A DNA stretch of 64,000 nt, taken from contig OZ244850.1 in NCBI GenBank assembly GCA_965220895.1, positions 1,218,962 through 1,282,961 on the forward strand, written 5' to 3'. This DNA comes from Gammaproteobacteria bacterium (GTDB lineage: Bacteria > Pseudomonadota > Gammaproteobacteria > UBA4575). The notes under the pieces are model-generated. The model searched no databases. It had not been told where the DNA came from and saw only the letters and a list, made by a program, of their open reading frames with translations. Made by a program: the position numbers and the translations under genes. This document shows, one piece after another, positions 10,114 through 20,135 of this stretch (positions are counted from its first letter, which is position 1; each line of letters starts with the position of its first letter).

Positions 10114-11883
10114 ATTAGCACTGACGCTTTTAGCCAGCACACAAGTGTCCGTTATCAGCCTGATGAAAATCCCCCGGCTGCACTGGCTTTTGGCCTTGGT
10201 CTGCAACTGGCAATTCTCTGTATCTCTGGCATCGTACTGACTCCGGCAATCATCGTCCGTGCGGCGGGCGGGAGTGAAGCTTTTCTGTCATGGGCTGTAT
10301 TCGCTGCCGTTGCAGTCAGCGGTATCAGTACGATACTGCAAGCAAAACGGGTAGGACGGGTTGGCGCGGGCTATGTACTGGCGATGGGTACTTCTGGGGC
10401 CTTCATCGCAATTTGCGTCACGGCAATTGCCGAGGGCGGTCCGGCCATGCTGGCCACACTGGTGGTAGTTTCATCTTTCTTTCAGTTTGCACTTTCAGCA
10501 CGGTTGTCCCTGTTTCGCAGGATCCTGACCCCGACTGTAGCGGGTACAGTCATCATGTTGATACCGGTCACGGTTATGCCGATAATTTTTGGTTTCTTGA
10601 AGAACGTTCCGGACGCGGTGCCTGTCTCGGCCGCACCGATGAGTGCGCTTGCGACCTTGCTCTGCATCGTCTTCATTGCTCTAAAAGCGACGGGAGTACT
10701 GCGTCTTTGGGCACCAGTCATCGGGGTCGTAGTCGGTTCGGTGGTTGCAGGGTTTTATGGTCTCTACGACGCTGAACGTGTTGCCGCTGCTGCATGGCTA
10801 GGTTTCCCGACCGGCGAGTGGCCAGGCCTGGATCTAAGCTTCGGGCCAGTCTTTTGGACGCTTCTTCCCGCATTTGTGTTTGTTACTTTGGTGGGTGCGA
10901 TTGAAACAATCGGGGATTCAATCGCAATTCAACGGGTTTCTTGGCGTCGGCCTCGAGCCGCAGATTTTCGGGCAGTGCAGGGTACGGTGGCCGCCGATGG
11001 CGTGGGCAATCTCTTATCGGGTCTTCTGGGTACTGTACCCAACACAACCTACTCAACGAGTGTTGCCGTAGCAGAGCTTACCGGGGTTGGCGCACGCTGG
11101 GTCGGCATTGCACTGGGGCTTGTCTTTATTGTGTTGGCGTTCATTCCAAAAGCGCTGGCTGTCATTTTGGCGATCCCCGGGCCTGTGGCTGCTGCTTATA
11201 TCGGTGTGCTGTTGGCGATGTTGTTCATCGTTGGCATGAAGGTCGCCATTCAGGACGGAATTGACTATCGCAGGGGTCTGGTTGCCGGTGCTGCATTCTG
11301 GATCGGAGTTGGCCTCCAGAACGGATGGATATTCCCCGAGTATGCTTCGAAGTTTGCCGGTGGGCTTTTGGAGAACGGGATGACAGCGGGAGGTTTGGTC
11401 GCTATCCTGATGACGTTGTTTGTGGAGTTGACCGAGCCGCGCCGTAGCAGAATCGAAATGGTGCTTGACCTGTCGGCTTTACCGAAAATCAAGGCGTTTC
11501 TCGGTGAATTTGCATCTCGCAGCAACTGGGATGCAGTCATGGCAAACCGCCTTGTAGGAGCAGCCGAAGAGACCCTGCTGACACTCCTTAAGCATGGTCA
11601 GGGTCAAAGTTCAGAAAAGCAGCCACGCCGCTTGCTTCTGATGGCTCACAAGGAGAGTGGCCAGGGTGTGCTTGAATTTGTGGCCGCGACAGGTGAGGAA
11701 AACCTTCAGGACCGTATTGCGCTGCTCGGTGAGCGTACGGATGCCGAGACCACCGAATGGGATGTCTCACTTAGGCTTTTGCGACATCTGGCTTCCTCTG
11801 TCCGCCACCAGCAATACCATGATACGGATATTGTAACGGTGCATGTGGATGCCCCTCAATCCATGCCCTCGGTACAGACATAG
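10114..11883 (+). CDS. NCS2 (xanthine/uracil) permease fused to a C-terminal RsbW/HATPase-like domain; probable ATT start
   Basis: The frame stays open upstream of Met 10384 through the NCS2 N-terminus VRYQPDENPP..GLGLQ; ETIGD, ADGVGN and PNTTYS motifs; about 145-aa soluble C-terminal extension. Confidence 0.8.
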   Translation: MSTDAFSQHTSVRYQPDENPPAALAFGLGLQLAILCISGIVLTPAIIVRAAGGSEAFLSWAVFAAVAVSGISTILQAKRVGRVGAGYVLAMGTSGAFIAICVTAIAEGGPAMLATLVVVSSFFQFALSARLSLFRRILTPTVAGTVIMLIPVTVMPIIFGFLKNVPDAVPVSAAPMSALATLLCIVFIALKATGVLRLWAPVIGVVVGSVVAGFYGLYDAERVAAAAWLGFPTGEWPGLDLSFGPVFWTLLPAFVFVTLVGAIETIGDSIAIQRVSWRRPRAADFRAVQGTVAADGVGNLLSGLLGTVPNTTYSTSVAVAELTGVGARWVGIALGLVFIVLAFIPKALAVILAIPGPVAAAYIGVLLAMLFIVGMKVAIQDGIDYRRGLVAGAAFWIGVGLQNGWIFPEYASKFAGGLLENGMTAGGLVAILMTLFVELTEPRRSRIEMVLDLSALPKIKAFLGEFASRSNWDAVMANRLVGAAEETLLTLLKHGQGQSSEKQPRRLLLMAHKESGQGVLEFVAATGEENLQDRIALLGERTDAETTEWDVSLRLLRHLASSVRHQQYHDTDIVTVHVDAPQSMPSVQT

Positions 11884-12108
11884 CAGGCTGCACAAAATCC
11901 TGGTGAACCCGGATTTGACTGCATCAGATGCAGCTCCTTGTGGTGCCATAAGAGCGTGGTCGTATTGCTGGAATGAGCTGTTCCTATCTCCACTGGGCAA
12001 TGCAGCTATGGCAAGCAAGATAGGCCATAAAGAGTATTTGGTTTCACACCCAGCATTCACTATAATTCGCAGCGCATCAAAGCAGAACCAACTGGAATAG
12101 GAGTTCAT

Positions 12109-12600
12109 GTGGCCGACCAAAAGTTTGTAAAAACATTAAAAGTCGTATTTGGGGTGCTGGTGGGATCGACAATCGGGATTCTGGCACTGGCAAATGTACT
12201 TATTTCAGATGCGGACTACTCCCATGAGACCGTGATTCAGGAGAATATCGAGGACCGCATCCGGCCTGTCGGCAACGTACACCTGTCCGGCAAGTCCGTG
12301 ACGGCCGAAGCAGAAGTCGCCGCCGAGAAAGTCGAGCCTGTGCAGGTTGCCGCGGCTGCAGAAAAATCGGTCGAGGAAATTTACCAGGCCTGCGCCGTGT
12401 GCCATGGTTCCGGGGTCTTGAATGCTCCGAGGTTAGGGGATAAGGCAAATTGGGAGCCACGCTTGGCAAAAGGGGTTGAACAGCTTTATGCGAATGCCAT
12501 CAATGGCGTGGGCACCATGCCTCCCAAGGGTGGTCGTCTTGATTTCTCTGACGAAGAAATCAGGAGAGTCGTGGACTATATGCTGGATTCAGTACGCTAG
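12109..12600 (+). CDS. Cytochrome c5
   Basis: N-terminal anchor, RIRPVG, CAVCH, WEPRLAKG and MPPKGG. Confidence 0.92.
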   Translation: MADQKFVKTLKVVFGVLVGSTIGILALANVLISDADYSHETVIQENIEDRIRPVGNVHLSGKSVTAEAEVAAEKVEPVQVAAAAEKSVEEIYQACAVCHGSGVLNAPRLGDKANWEPRLAKGVEQLYANAINGVGTMPPKGGRLDFSDEEIRRVVDYMLDSVR

Positions 12601-12700
12601 TTGCCGGAGCAGGTGGTCTTACAGTTCCGCTGGCGAATTTTAGACCAACGGAACCCTTGCAGGGCCAGGCAGTTGCAACTGTCTCGACGTGGCTGACCCG

Positions 12701-12955
12701 CTATTTACTTGGTTTTTTCCCTTCAAGTTCCTGTACTCGTTGTTCTAACTCCTTGACGCGCAGTTGGCTTTGAGCCAGCATCTCGCTTTGTGCATCGAAT
12801 TCCTTGCGCGTGACAAGATCGAGTCGCTGAAATACGCTTTCCGCAGCAGTACGTACATTTTTCTCAAGCCTGTCCCTGCCTTTTTTCAAGTCATCGGGAA
12901 GCACCTCATCAATTTTGCGAGTCAACTCATCCAAAATACTGGAACCGAGTTTCAT
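12701..12955 (-). CDS. ubiK: Ubiquinone accessory factor UbiK (YqiC/BMFP)
   Basis: RLDLVTRKEFDAQ motif, coiled-coil, located next to glnK. Confidence 0.85.
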   Translation of the reverse strand: MKLGSSILDELTRKIDEVLPDDLKKGRDRLEKNVRTAAESVFQRLDLVTRKEFDAQSEMLAQSQLRVKELEQRVQELEGKKPSK

Positions 12956-13023
12956 GGCTGAATACTCCTTTTCTTATATCTAAGTACGAACCTTACACAA
13001 TATCATACCTGTTTGAAGTCCAA

Positions 13024-13040
13024 TGCACTGATACTGTGCG
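13024..13040. promoter_or_regulatory. NtrC-type enhancer site
   Basis: TGCAC-N7-GTGCG about 100 bp upstream of a sigma54 promoter. Confidence 0.65.
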
Positions 13041-13134
13041 TCCGGGGTTCAGCAAGGTGCATCAACTCTACTGCCGGATGCGACCGGCATCCATGTGGCT
13101 CCCGTAACTCTTTGTTTTATAAAGCAAGGGAATG

Positions 13135-13151
13135 TTGGCACGGTGTGTGCT
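13135..13151 (+). promoter_or_regulatory. sigma54 -24/-12 promoter of the porin-glnK-amtB operon
   Basis: TTGGCACGGTGTGTGCT (GG-N10-GC). Confidence 0.8.
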
Positions 13152-13191
13152 TATTCCCTATAAAGAATTCATAGATATGGGGAGGAAGTCG

Positions 13192-13890
13192 ATGAGCAAA
13201 ACGATTTACAAAGTGATGATACTGGCCGTTCTGGTCAGTCCGGTGATCCCGTTTTCAGCTGGTGCTGAGATGAGTGTGTCAGGCAATGCTGGAATCCTGT
13301 CGGACTATATTTTCCGGGGTATTCCTCAAGATTCCGGCGTTGCAAATGGGGGCATCGATTTGGAAGCCGGTGGTTTTTATCTGGGCACCTGGATCGCGGA
13401 TGTAGGTGAAGGGATCGAGCAGGATTTCTATACTGGGTATGTCATGGAGTTGCCCAGCGGGCTGTATCTGGGCGCCGGGTTTACCAGTTACCAGTACTCT
13501 GACGACTTCGACGACGAATACAACGAAGTCAACCTGTATGCCGGCTGGGCCAGTGACAATTTGTCTCTGGACCTGGAGTACACAGACGGCGAGTACAACG
13601 GGGTGTTCACAGAACTCGTGGGTGGTCAGGAAGTTGAAAAAGGCGACGAGTACGGCTTTTTTGCAGCGACCCTGGGCTATGGGGGCGCGTACCTGACCTA
13701 CGGAGACTTTACCGATGACGCAGACGAAATGCTGGGAGATTACCTGGAATTCGGTTATTCGCTCGAGGTTTCGGGTTTTGAAGTGACAGCCGCAGTTGTA
13801 CATACGGATGCCGATATTCTGCAGGATGAGGAGGATGATGACGAAACTGAAGCCTACATCAGCATTCACCACAGCTTTGACCTTATGTAG
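13192..13890 (+). CDS. TorF-family putative porin
   Basis: SGNAGILSDYIFRGI and GFYLGTW motifs; upstream of glnK; SD GGAGG. Confidence 0.85.
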   Translation: MSKTIYKVMILAVLVSPVIPFSAGAEMSVSGNAGILSDYIFRGIPQDSGVANGGIDLEAGGFYLGTWIADVGEGIEQDFYTGYVMELPSGLYLGAGFTSYQYSDDFDDEYNEVNLYAGWASDNLSLDLEYTDGEYNGVFTELVGGQEVEKGDEYGFFAATLGYGGAYLTYGDFTDDADEMLGDYLEFGYSLEVSGFEVTAAVVHTDADILQDEEDDDETEAYISIHHSFDLM

Positions 13891-13957
13891 CGGGATAAGT
13901 GGCAACGGATCAACAACGTTTCTGCCAGGGTATCCAGTTCGAATTTGAATCTCTTAG

Positions 13958-14323
<366 letters not shown>

Positions 14324-14351
14324 CGAAAAATACATTCCTTAGGAGGGAGTT

Positions 14352-15617
14352 GTGGTTGATCAAATCTTTGAATTGCAATACGCGATTGACACCTTTTACT
14401 TTTTGGTGTGTGGCGCATTAGTGATGTGGATGGCTGCCGGCTTTTCCATGCTCGAATCAGGACTTGTACGGAGCAAAAACACGGCTGAGATTCTGACCAA
14501 AAATGTCACGCTGTATTCGATTGCCTGCATCATGTACATGATTTGCGGGTACATGATCATGTATGACGGCACGCTGTTTTTGTCTGGAATTGCAGGGGGC
14601 GAAAGCCTGGTAGATGATGTTTTGGCAGCCTCTGCTGAGAATGGCTTCCACGGTGATTCTGTATATTCGGATGCATCGGACTTCTTTTTCCAGGTCGTAT
14701 TTGTTGCAACATCCATGTCGATCGTATCGGGCGCGGTAGCTGAGCGGATGAAAATGTGGTCATTTCTTCTGTTTGTCGTGGTATTCACAGGGCTCATCTA
14801 CCCGCTGGAAGGCAGTTGGACCTGGAACGGGAAAGATGTGTTCGGCTGGTTCAATCTTGGCGATGCAGGATTCTCCGATTTTGCAGGGTCGGGTATCGTC
14901 CATATGGCAGGCGCAACGGCTGCATTGGCCGGGGTCATGTTGCTCGGAGCACGCCAGGGCAAATATGGGCCAGATGGAAAGGTAGTCGCTATTCCTGGGG
15001 CCAACCTGCCGCTTGCCACGCTGGGGACATTTATTCTGTGGATGGGATGGTTCGGCTTCAACGGCGGGTCAGTGCTGAAGCTCGGAGATGCTGCCAGCGC
15101 CAATGCCGTGGCCATGGTGTTCCTGAACACCAATACCGCGGCTGCAGGCGGGCTGATGGCAGCTTTGGTCACTGCACGTCTCTGGTTTGGCAAGGCGGAC
15201 CTGACCATGGCCCTGAACGGCGCACTGGCCGGCCTGGTGGCTATTACGGCTGAACCTTCTACTCCTTCAGCCCTGATCGCTACTCTGATCGGTGCAGCTG
15301 GCGGGGTCCTTGTCGTGCTGTCGATTGTGCTGCTGGATAAACTCAGAATAGATGACCCGGTAGGGGCAATTTCCGTGCACGGAACTGTTGGACTGTGGGG
15401 GCTGCTGGCCGTGCCGCTTACTAATCCCGACGTGACACTCAGCGGTCAGTTGCTCGGTGCGGCCACGATATTCGTCTGGGTGTTTCTGGCCAGCCTGGTC
15501 ATCTGGAGCGTGATCAAAGCAATCATGGGGCTTCGCATCAGTGAAGAAGAAGAGATGCAGGGGGCCGACATATCCGAGTGTGGCATGGAGGCCTACCCAG
15601 AGTTTGTGATCGAATAG
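14352..15617 (+). CDS. amtB: Ammonium transporter
   Basis: DFAGSGIVH, WFGFNGGS, DDPVGAISVHG. Confidence 0.96.
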   Translation: MVDQIFELQYAIDTFYFLVCGALVMWMAAGFSMLESGLVRSKNTAEILTKNVTLYSIACIMYMICGYMIMYDGTLFLSGIAGGESLVDDVLAASAENGFHGDSVYSDASDFFFQVVFVATSMSIVSGAVAERMKMWSFLLFVVVFTGLIYPLEGSWTWNGKDVFGWFNLGDAGFSDFAGSGIVHMAGATAALAGVMLLGARQGKYGPDGKVVAIPGANLPLATLGTFILWMGWFGFNGGSVLKLGDAASANAVAMVFLNTNTAAAGGLMAALVTARLWFGKADLTMALNGALAGLVAITAEPSTPSALIATLIGAAGGVLVVLSIVLLDKLRIDDPVGAISVHGTVGLWGLLAVPLTNPDVTLSGQLLGAATIFVWVFLASLVIWSVIKAIMGLRISEEEEMQGADISECGMEAYPEFVIE

Positions 15618-15639
15618 GCCTCGGGAAGTCTTGTAGGTC

Positions 15640-15670
15640 AAAGCGCCTCCTTTTAGGGGGCGCTTTTTTT
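15640..15670 (+). terminator. Rho-independent terminator (possibly bidirectional)
   Basis: AAAGCGCCTCCT-TTT-AGGGGGCGCTTTTTTT between convergent amtB and speE. Confidence 0.85.
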
Positions 15671-15681
15671 ATCTGCGCCCC

Positions 15682-16533
15682 TTATCCCTTGCCCATGAAC
15701 TGCGGTGTTGCAAAGCAGGCCAAGTGCACTGCGTGGTTGTAATACCGGGTTTGAATCTTTAATTGCCTGGCAGATTTCTCGCGGACAAAGGATAGCGGCT
15801 CAGATTTGCCCGCCAGGGTAGCGCTCCACCAGCCTGTCGGGTAGCAGGGTTGGGGGAAATAGATCAAGTCAATACTTGAAAATCCGGCAGCCTGCATCGA
15901 GTCATGCATCGGTTGAATAATACTCTCGAGATGGACCATAGGAGATTCGCTTTGCTGAACGAGTAAGCCCCTGGGCTTGAGTGTGCGCAAGCAGTCCTTA
16001 TAAAAGGCTGTCGAGTAGAGGCCTTCTGCAGGGCCTACGGGGTCTGTACTGTCCACGATAATGATGTCCACTGAACTGGACTTCCTCGTTTGGAACCACT
16101 TGATCGCATCCTCGAAAATGAACTCGATACGGGGATCGTTATTGGCCTCGCACAAGGCAGGAAAATATTTCTTCGACAACTGGGTAACCCGCTCATCAAT
16201 TTCAACCTGAAAAATTTCCTGTACACAAGAATGCTTTGCCACTTCGCGCAGGCTGCCGCAGTCTCCCCCTCCTGCAATGACCACGCTTGCTGGGTCTGGA
16301 TGGCTGAACAAGACCGGATGAGTCAGCATTTCATGGTATATAAAGTTGTCACGTTCCGTTAGCATGACAAATCCGTCTATCACCATCAGCATGCCGAAGC
16401 TTTTGGTGGAATAGATTTCTATTTTCTGAAAAGGAGTCCGTTCTTGGTGAAGTCTCTCCTTGATCTCGAATGAAAGCGCCGTGCCGCATTCCGTGCAGGC
16501 CTCAGTGAGCCATTTTTTCCTCTTGTCCAGCAC
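15682..16533 (-). CDS. speE: Polyamine aminopropyltransferase (spermidine synthase)
   Basis: YHEMLTHP, GGGDCG, IVDSTDPVGPAEGL; start uncertain (ORF open to 16596). Confidence 0.93.
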   Translation of the reverse strand: MLDKRKKWLTEACTECGTALSFEIKERLHQERTPFQKIEIYSTKSFGMLMVIDGFVMLTERDNFIYHEMLTHPVLFSHPDPASVVIAGGGDCGSLREVAKHSCVQEIFQVEIDERVTQLSKKYFPALCEANNDPRIEFIFEDAIKWFQTRKSSSVDIIIVDSTDPVGPAEGLYSTAFYKDCLRTLKPRGLLVQQSESPMVHLESIIQPMHDSMQAAGFSSIDLIYFPQPCYPTGWWSATLAGKSEPLSFVREKSARQLKIQTRYYNHAVHLACFATPQFMGKG

Positions 16534-16620
16534 GTGAGTATGTAAATTAGAAGGAAAAGTTTCAGATACGGTAAAACGGGCGGCTTCAGTTAGCAAACAG
16601 ACAGATTATGCGTTATTGCT

Positions 16621-18561
16621 GTGGATATCCGTAAACATTGGAACGTAGCCGATGCCAAGGTTCATTACAGGATCCCCATCTGGGGAATGGGATTTTTTGA
16701 CATCAATGATACGGGCCGAGTCAGCGCCAAAGCGGGCGACCGTGAACTCGACCTGTATGCGCTGAGCAAAGACCTCAGAAAAAGGGGGATGGAATTTCCC
16801 GTTCTGCTGCGTTTCCCGCACATCCTGCAGCACATGTTAGACAGGTTGTATTGTGCATTCAAAAAAGCCATGACTTCCTGTAGGTACGCCGGTGACTATG
16901 TTGCCGCTTACCCGATCAAGGTAAACCAACAGGCATCCGTCATTCAATATTTTAGCCAGCAAAATCAGCACCCGGTCGCTTTTGAAGTGGGTAGCAAGGC
17001 AGAGTTGATAGCTTGTCTGGGAGTCACGCGTACGCAGACAATTATCTGTAATGGCTATAAGGATGAAGCTTATATACGACTGGCACTGACCGGATGCCTG
17101 CTGGGCCATGAAGTCATCATTGTCCTGGAGAGCCTGGGTGAATTCCAGCATGTGTTGAAACTATCAGCGAAAGTCAATGTTCAACCGGCTCTCGGGATGC
17201 GGGTTCGCCTGTCAGCCGTTGCAGATGGAAAATGGCAAAACACAGGGGGAAAGCGCTCAAAGTTTGGTCTGACCGCAGGTCAGGTTATGCAGTTGCTCCA
17301 GGAACTGAAGAAAAACGAGGCACTTGGATGGATGCGTATGCTGCATTTTCACATGGGGTCTCAGATCCCTTCCCTGAAGCATATCCGTGAAGGCGTTGCA
17401 GAAGGGATGAGTTATTTTGTGCAACTCCACAGGCTGGGGGTACATCTTGACCAGTTAAACGTGGGTGGCGGGCTGGCCGTCGATTATGAGGGCAGCCGTT
17501 CGAATTCATATTTTTCAAGAGAGTACAGCGTAGACGAATATGCTGACACCATCGTCCGTGCAGTCCACGCCGCATGCTTTGAAAGCAAGGTACCAGAACC
17601 TGCTATTTTCACCGAAAGTGGGCGTGCCATGACAGCACATCATGCTGTATTGGTCACCAACATGATTGATGCTGAGTACTGGAGGGAGAACGTCACTCAG
17701 GCATGTTCGGTTTTTAACAAGGATTCGGAGACTGAAGATGGAAAACTCAAGGAGCTGGCTGACTTGTGTCGACGTATCCGATCCAATTTCGAAAAGCCCG
17801 ATAGCCAAACCGATTATTCGCATACCTACGCCAGTTTGGTACAAGCTGCAAAACAGATTGATCAGGCTTTTTCTCGAGGAGACCTTTCATTAAGTCGTAA
17901 GGCCTACGCCGAGAAAATCATACAGGAGGCCTATCGGCATCTGTCGGAGTACAAAGAATGTCTCGATGTAAACAGCAGGCATGATCTTGAGGAAAATCTG
18001 GTTGACAAGTATTTCTGTAACTTTTCCTTGTTCCGGTCAACCCCGGATATCTGGGGTTTGAGCCAGCTCTTCCCGGTTTTGCCATTGCATCGGTTGGATG
18101 AAAGTCCAACCCGGCAGGTACGACTGCATGACCTTACCTGTGATTCGGATGGCCAGATTGACCGTTACATCGAAGCAGATTCGATTCAGTCTTACCTTTC
18201 CCTGCATGCACTTATCCCGGGACAGGACTACCTGATCGGCATATTTCTGGTGGGTGCATATCAGGAAATTTTAGGAGATTTGCACAATTTGTTTGGAGAC
18301 ACCCCTGCAGTAAATATCAAGGTGAATGCTGATGGAGGCTACCAGGTCGCTGAGCAGCAGCAAGGTGATACCGCTGAAAAGGTATTGTCCTATGTTCACA
18401 TTGATGCTGCAGAAATTCGCAAGACCTGGCATACACGACTGACTGAAATGAACGTACCCAAACCGCTTGCCAAACAGGCGTTGCATACGCTCGAGACTGC
18501 GCTGCAGGCCAATTGCTATCTGACATCGTCTTCAGATGAATACAGGCATTCTGGATCATGA
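16621..18561 (+). CDS. speA: Biosynthetic arginine decarboxylase
   Basis: YPIKVNQ (PLP lysine), EVGSKAEL, HFHMGSQI, TCDSDG, GAYQEILGDLHNLFG. Confidence 0.96.
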   Translation: MDIRKHWNVADAKVHYRIPIWGMGFFDINDTGRVSAKAGDRELDLYALSKDLRKRGMEFPVLLRFPHILQHMLDRLYCAFKKAMTSCRYAGDYVAAYPIKVNQQASVIQYFSQQNQHPVAFEVGSKAELIACLGVTRTQTIICNGYKDEAYIRLALTGCLLGHEVIIVLESLGEFQHVLKLSAKVNVQPALGMRVRLSAVADGKWQNTGGKRSKFGLTAGQVMQLLQELKKNEALGWMRMLHFHMGSQIPSLKHIREGVAEGMSYFVQLHRLGVHLDQLNVGGGLAVDYEGSRSNSYFSREYSVDEYADTIVRAVHAACFESKVPEPAIFTESGRAMTAHHAVLVTNMIDAEYWRENVTQACSVFNKDSETEDGKLKELADLCRRIRSNFEKPDSQTDYSHTYASLVQAAKQIDQAFSRGDLSLSRKAYAEKIIQEAYRHLSEYKECLDVNSRHDLEENLVDKYFCNFSLFRSTPDIWGLSQLFPVLPLHRLDESPTRQVRLHDLTCDSDGQIDRYIEADSIQSYLSLHALIPGQDYLIGIFLVGAYQEILGDLHNLFGDTPAVNIKVNADGGYQVAEQQQGDTAEKVLSYVHIDAAEIRKTWHTRLTEMNVPKPLAKQALHTLETALQANCYLTSSSDEYRHSGS

Positions 18562-18803
18562 AGTGCTATGTTTATAAAAGCTTGAAAAAAGAAGATACAT
18601 TTCTTTACTTGGGTGAGAAAGACCACTTCAGTCTTCTACCGGATGGGCTTCTGAATCTTTTCGGCGAGCCTGGTTTTGTACTGGAATTCGAGCTGACGCC
18701 GGATCGCATGCTGGCACAGGCTGATGCCAAGCAGGTGATGGCTGACCTGCATGAGCACGGATACTACCTGCAATTCCCGCCCCAAGACCCCAAACGAACC
18801 TGA
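18558..18803 (+). CDS. ycgL: YcgL domain protein
   Basis: MKCYVYKSLKK..LY, LFGEP, GYYLQFPP. Confidence 0.88.
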   Translation: MKCYVYKSLKKEDTFLYLGEKDHFSLLPDGLLNLFGEPGFVLEFELTPDRMLAQADAKQVMADLHEHGYYLQFPPQDPKRT

Positions 18804-18921
18804 TCCAAACGGCTGCGTATGTCTTTCGGTATGGCAACCACCTTCATGCGAGAAATCCTGCATAGACCAGAAAGCGGTGACTGTACGCCGGTGTCATTCA
18901 GACGGATGTTTTAGCTGAATT

Positions 18922-19971
18922 TCAATTGGCAACAAAATCGAGCATCCGGTGGGTAGAACGGTATGCTTTCCCGCGTATTTCTTCCGCCACGTGAATCTCG
19001 TTTTCGCCTGACTCCAGTACTGCCTCAAGATTATGTAGTCCGTTCATGGCCATCCATGGACAATGTGCACAGCTTTTGCAGGTGGCTCCTTCTCCTGCCG
19101 TAGGGGCCTCGATGAAAATCTTGTCAGGCGCAGCCTTCTTCATCTTGTAAAAAATGCGATTGTCTGTGGCTACGATGAATGACCGGTGAGGCAGCTCTTG
19201 GGCTGCCCGGATGAGGGCCGTGGTCGAACCAACAACATCGGCTGCCTCAATGACAGCTTCCGGAGACTCTGGATGCACCAGAATCCCCGCATCCGGGTGC
19301 TTTGCAATCAGACCCCCTAGAGCACGTGCCTTGAACTCTTCATGCACGACACAGGCCCCCTGCCATGAGATCATGTCAGCGCCTGTAACTTTTTCAATAT
19401 AGCGACCCAGATGTCGGTCCGGTGCCCAGAGGATTCTTTTGTCCTGATCCATCAGGTGCGAAACAACTTTGAGTGCAATGCTTGAGGTGACGACCCAGTC
19501 TGCTCGCGCCTTGACCTCGGCACTTGTGTTGGCATATACGACGACTTCGTGGTCCGGGTGCTGGTCGCAAAAAGCACTGAATTCCTTGGCGGGGCAACCA
19601 AGATCAAGTGAGCAGGTCGCCTGCAGAGTGGGCATCAAAACCCGTTTCTCGGGATTGAGGATTTTTGCAGTTTCGCCCATGAAGCGGACTCCTGCCACGA
19701 TTAACGTGGTGGCACTGTGGCGGCTGCCAAATCGTGCCATTTCCAATGAGTCAGAAACGTAGCCTCCCGTCTCTTCTGCAATTCTTTGCAGGGTTTCATG
19801 GGTGTAATAATGTGCAATCAGGACCGCGTTTTCTTTCTTGAGCAGGAATTTTATGCGATCGATTTTTTCTTTTCTCTGCTTGGCCGAATACACCGGCAAG
19901 CTTGCCTGGACAGCTGCTGTTTCAGGGATGTCCTGCAGGGGCACGGCGGCTTCAAGTGATGTGTCTAGCAT
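18922..19971 (-). CDS. nadA: Quinolinate synthase
   Basis: [36 protein letters not shown]; start uncertain. Confidence 0.95.
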   Translation of the reverse strand: MLDTSLEAAVPLQDIPETAAVQASLPVYSAKQRKEKIDRIKFLLKKENAVLIAHYYTHETLQRIAEETGGYVSDSLEMARFGSRHSATTLIVAGVRFMGETAKILNPEKRVLMPTLQATCSLDLGCPAKEFSAFCDQHPDHEVVVYANTSAEVKARADWVVTSSIALKVVSHLMDQDKRILWAPDRHLGRYIEKVTGADMISWQGACVVHEEFKARALGGLIAKHPDAGILVHPESPEAVIEAADVVGSTTALIRAAQELPHRSFIVATDNRIFYKMKKAAPDKIFIEAPTAGEGATCKSCAHCPWMAMNGLHNLEAVLESGENEIHVAEEIRGKAYRSTHRMLDFVAN

Positions 19972-20135
19972 GCTAATACTACAAATACCTGTTGGCCTAT
20001 ATATAAAGAGGTGCGGGGGGTAAATCAAGCCAGCACACTGCAGCGCATAGAGTTTATGAGGTGTAAGATGGTTGTCATAAGGAAAAGTAATTACAACGTC
20101 GCTATCCCCATACAAGCAGGCACCGGAATGCTTCC

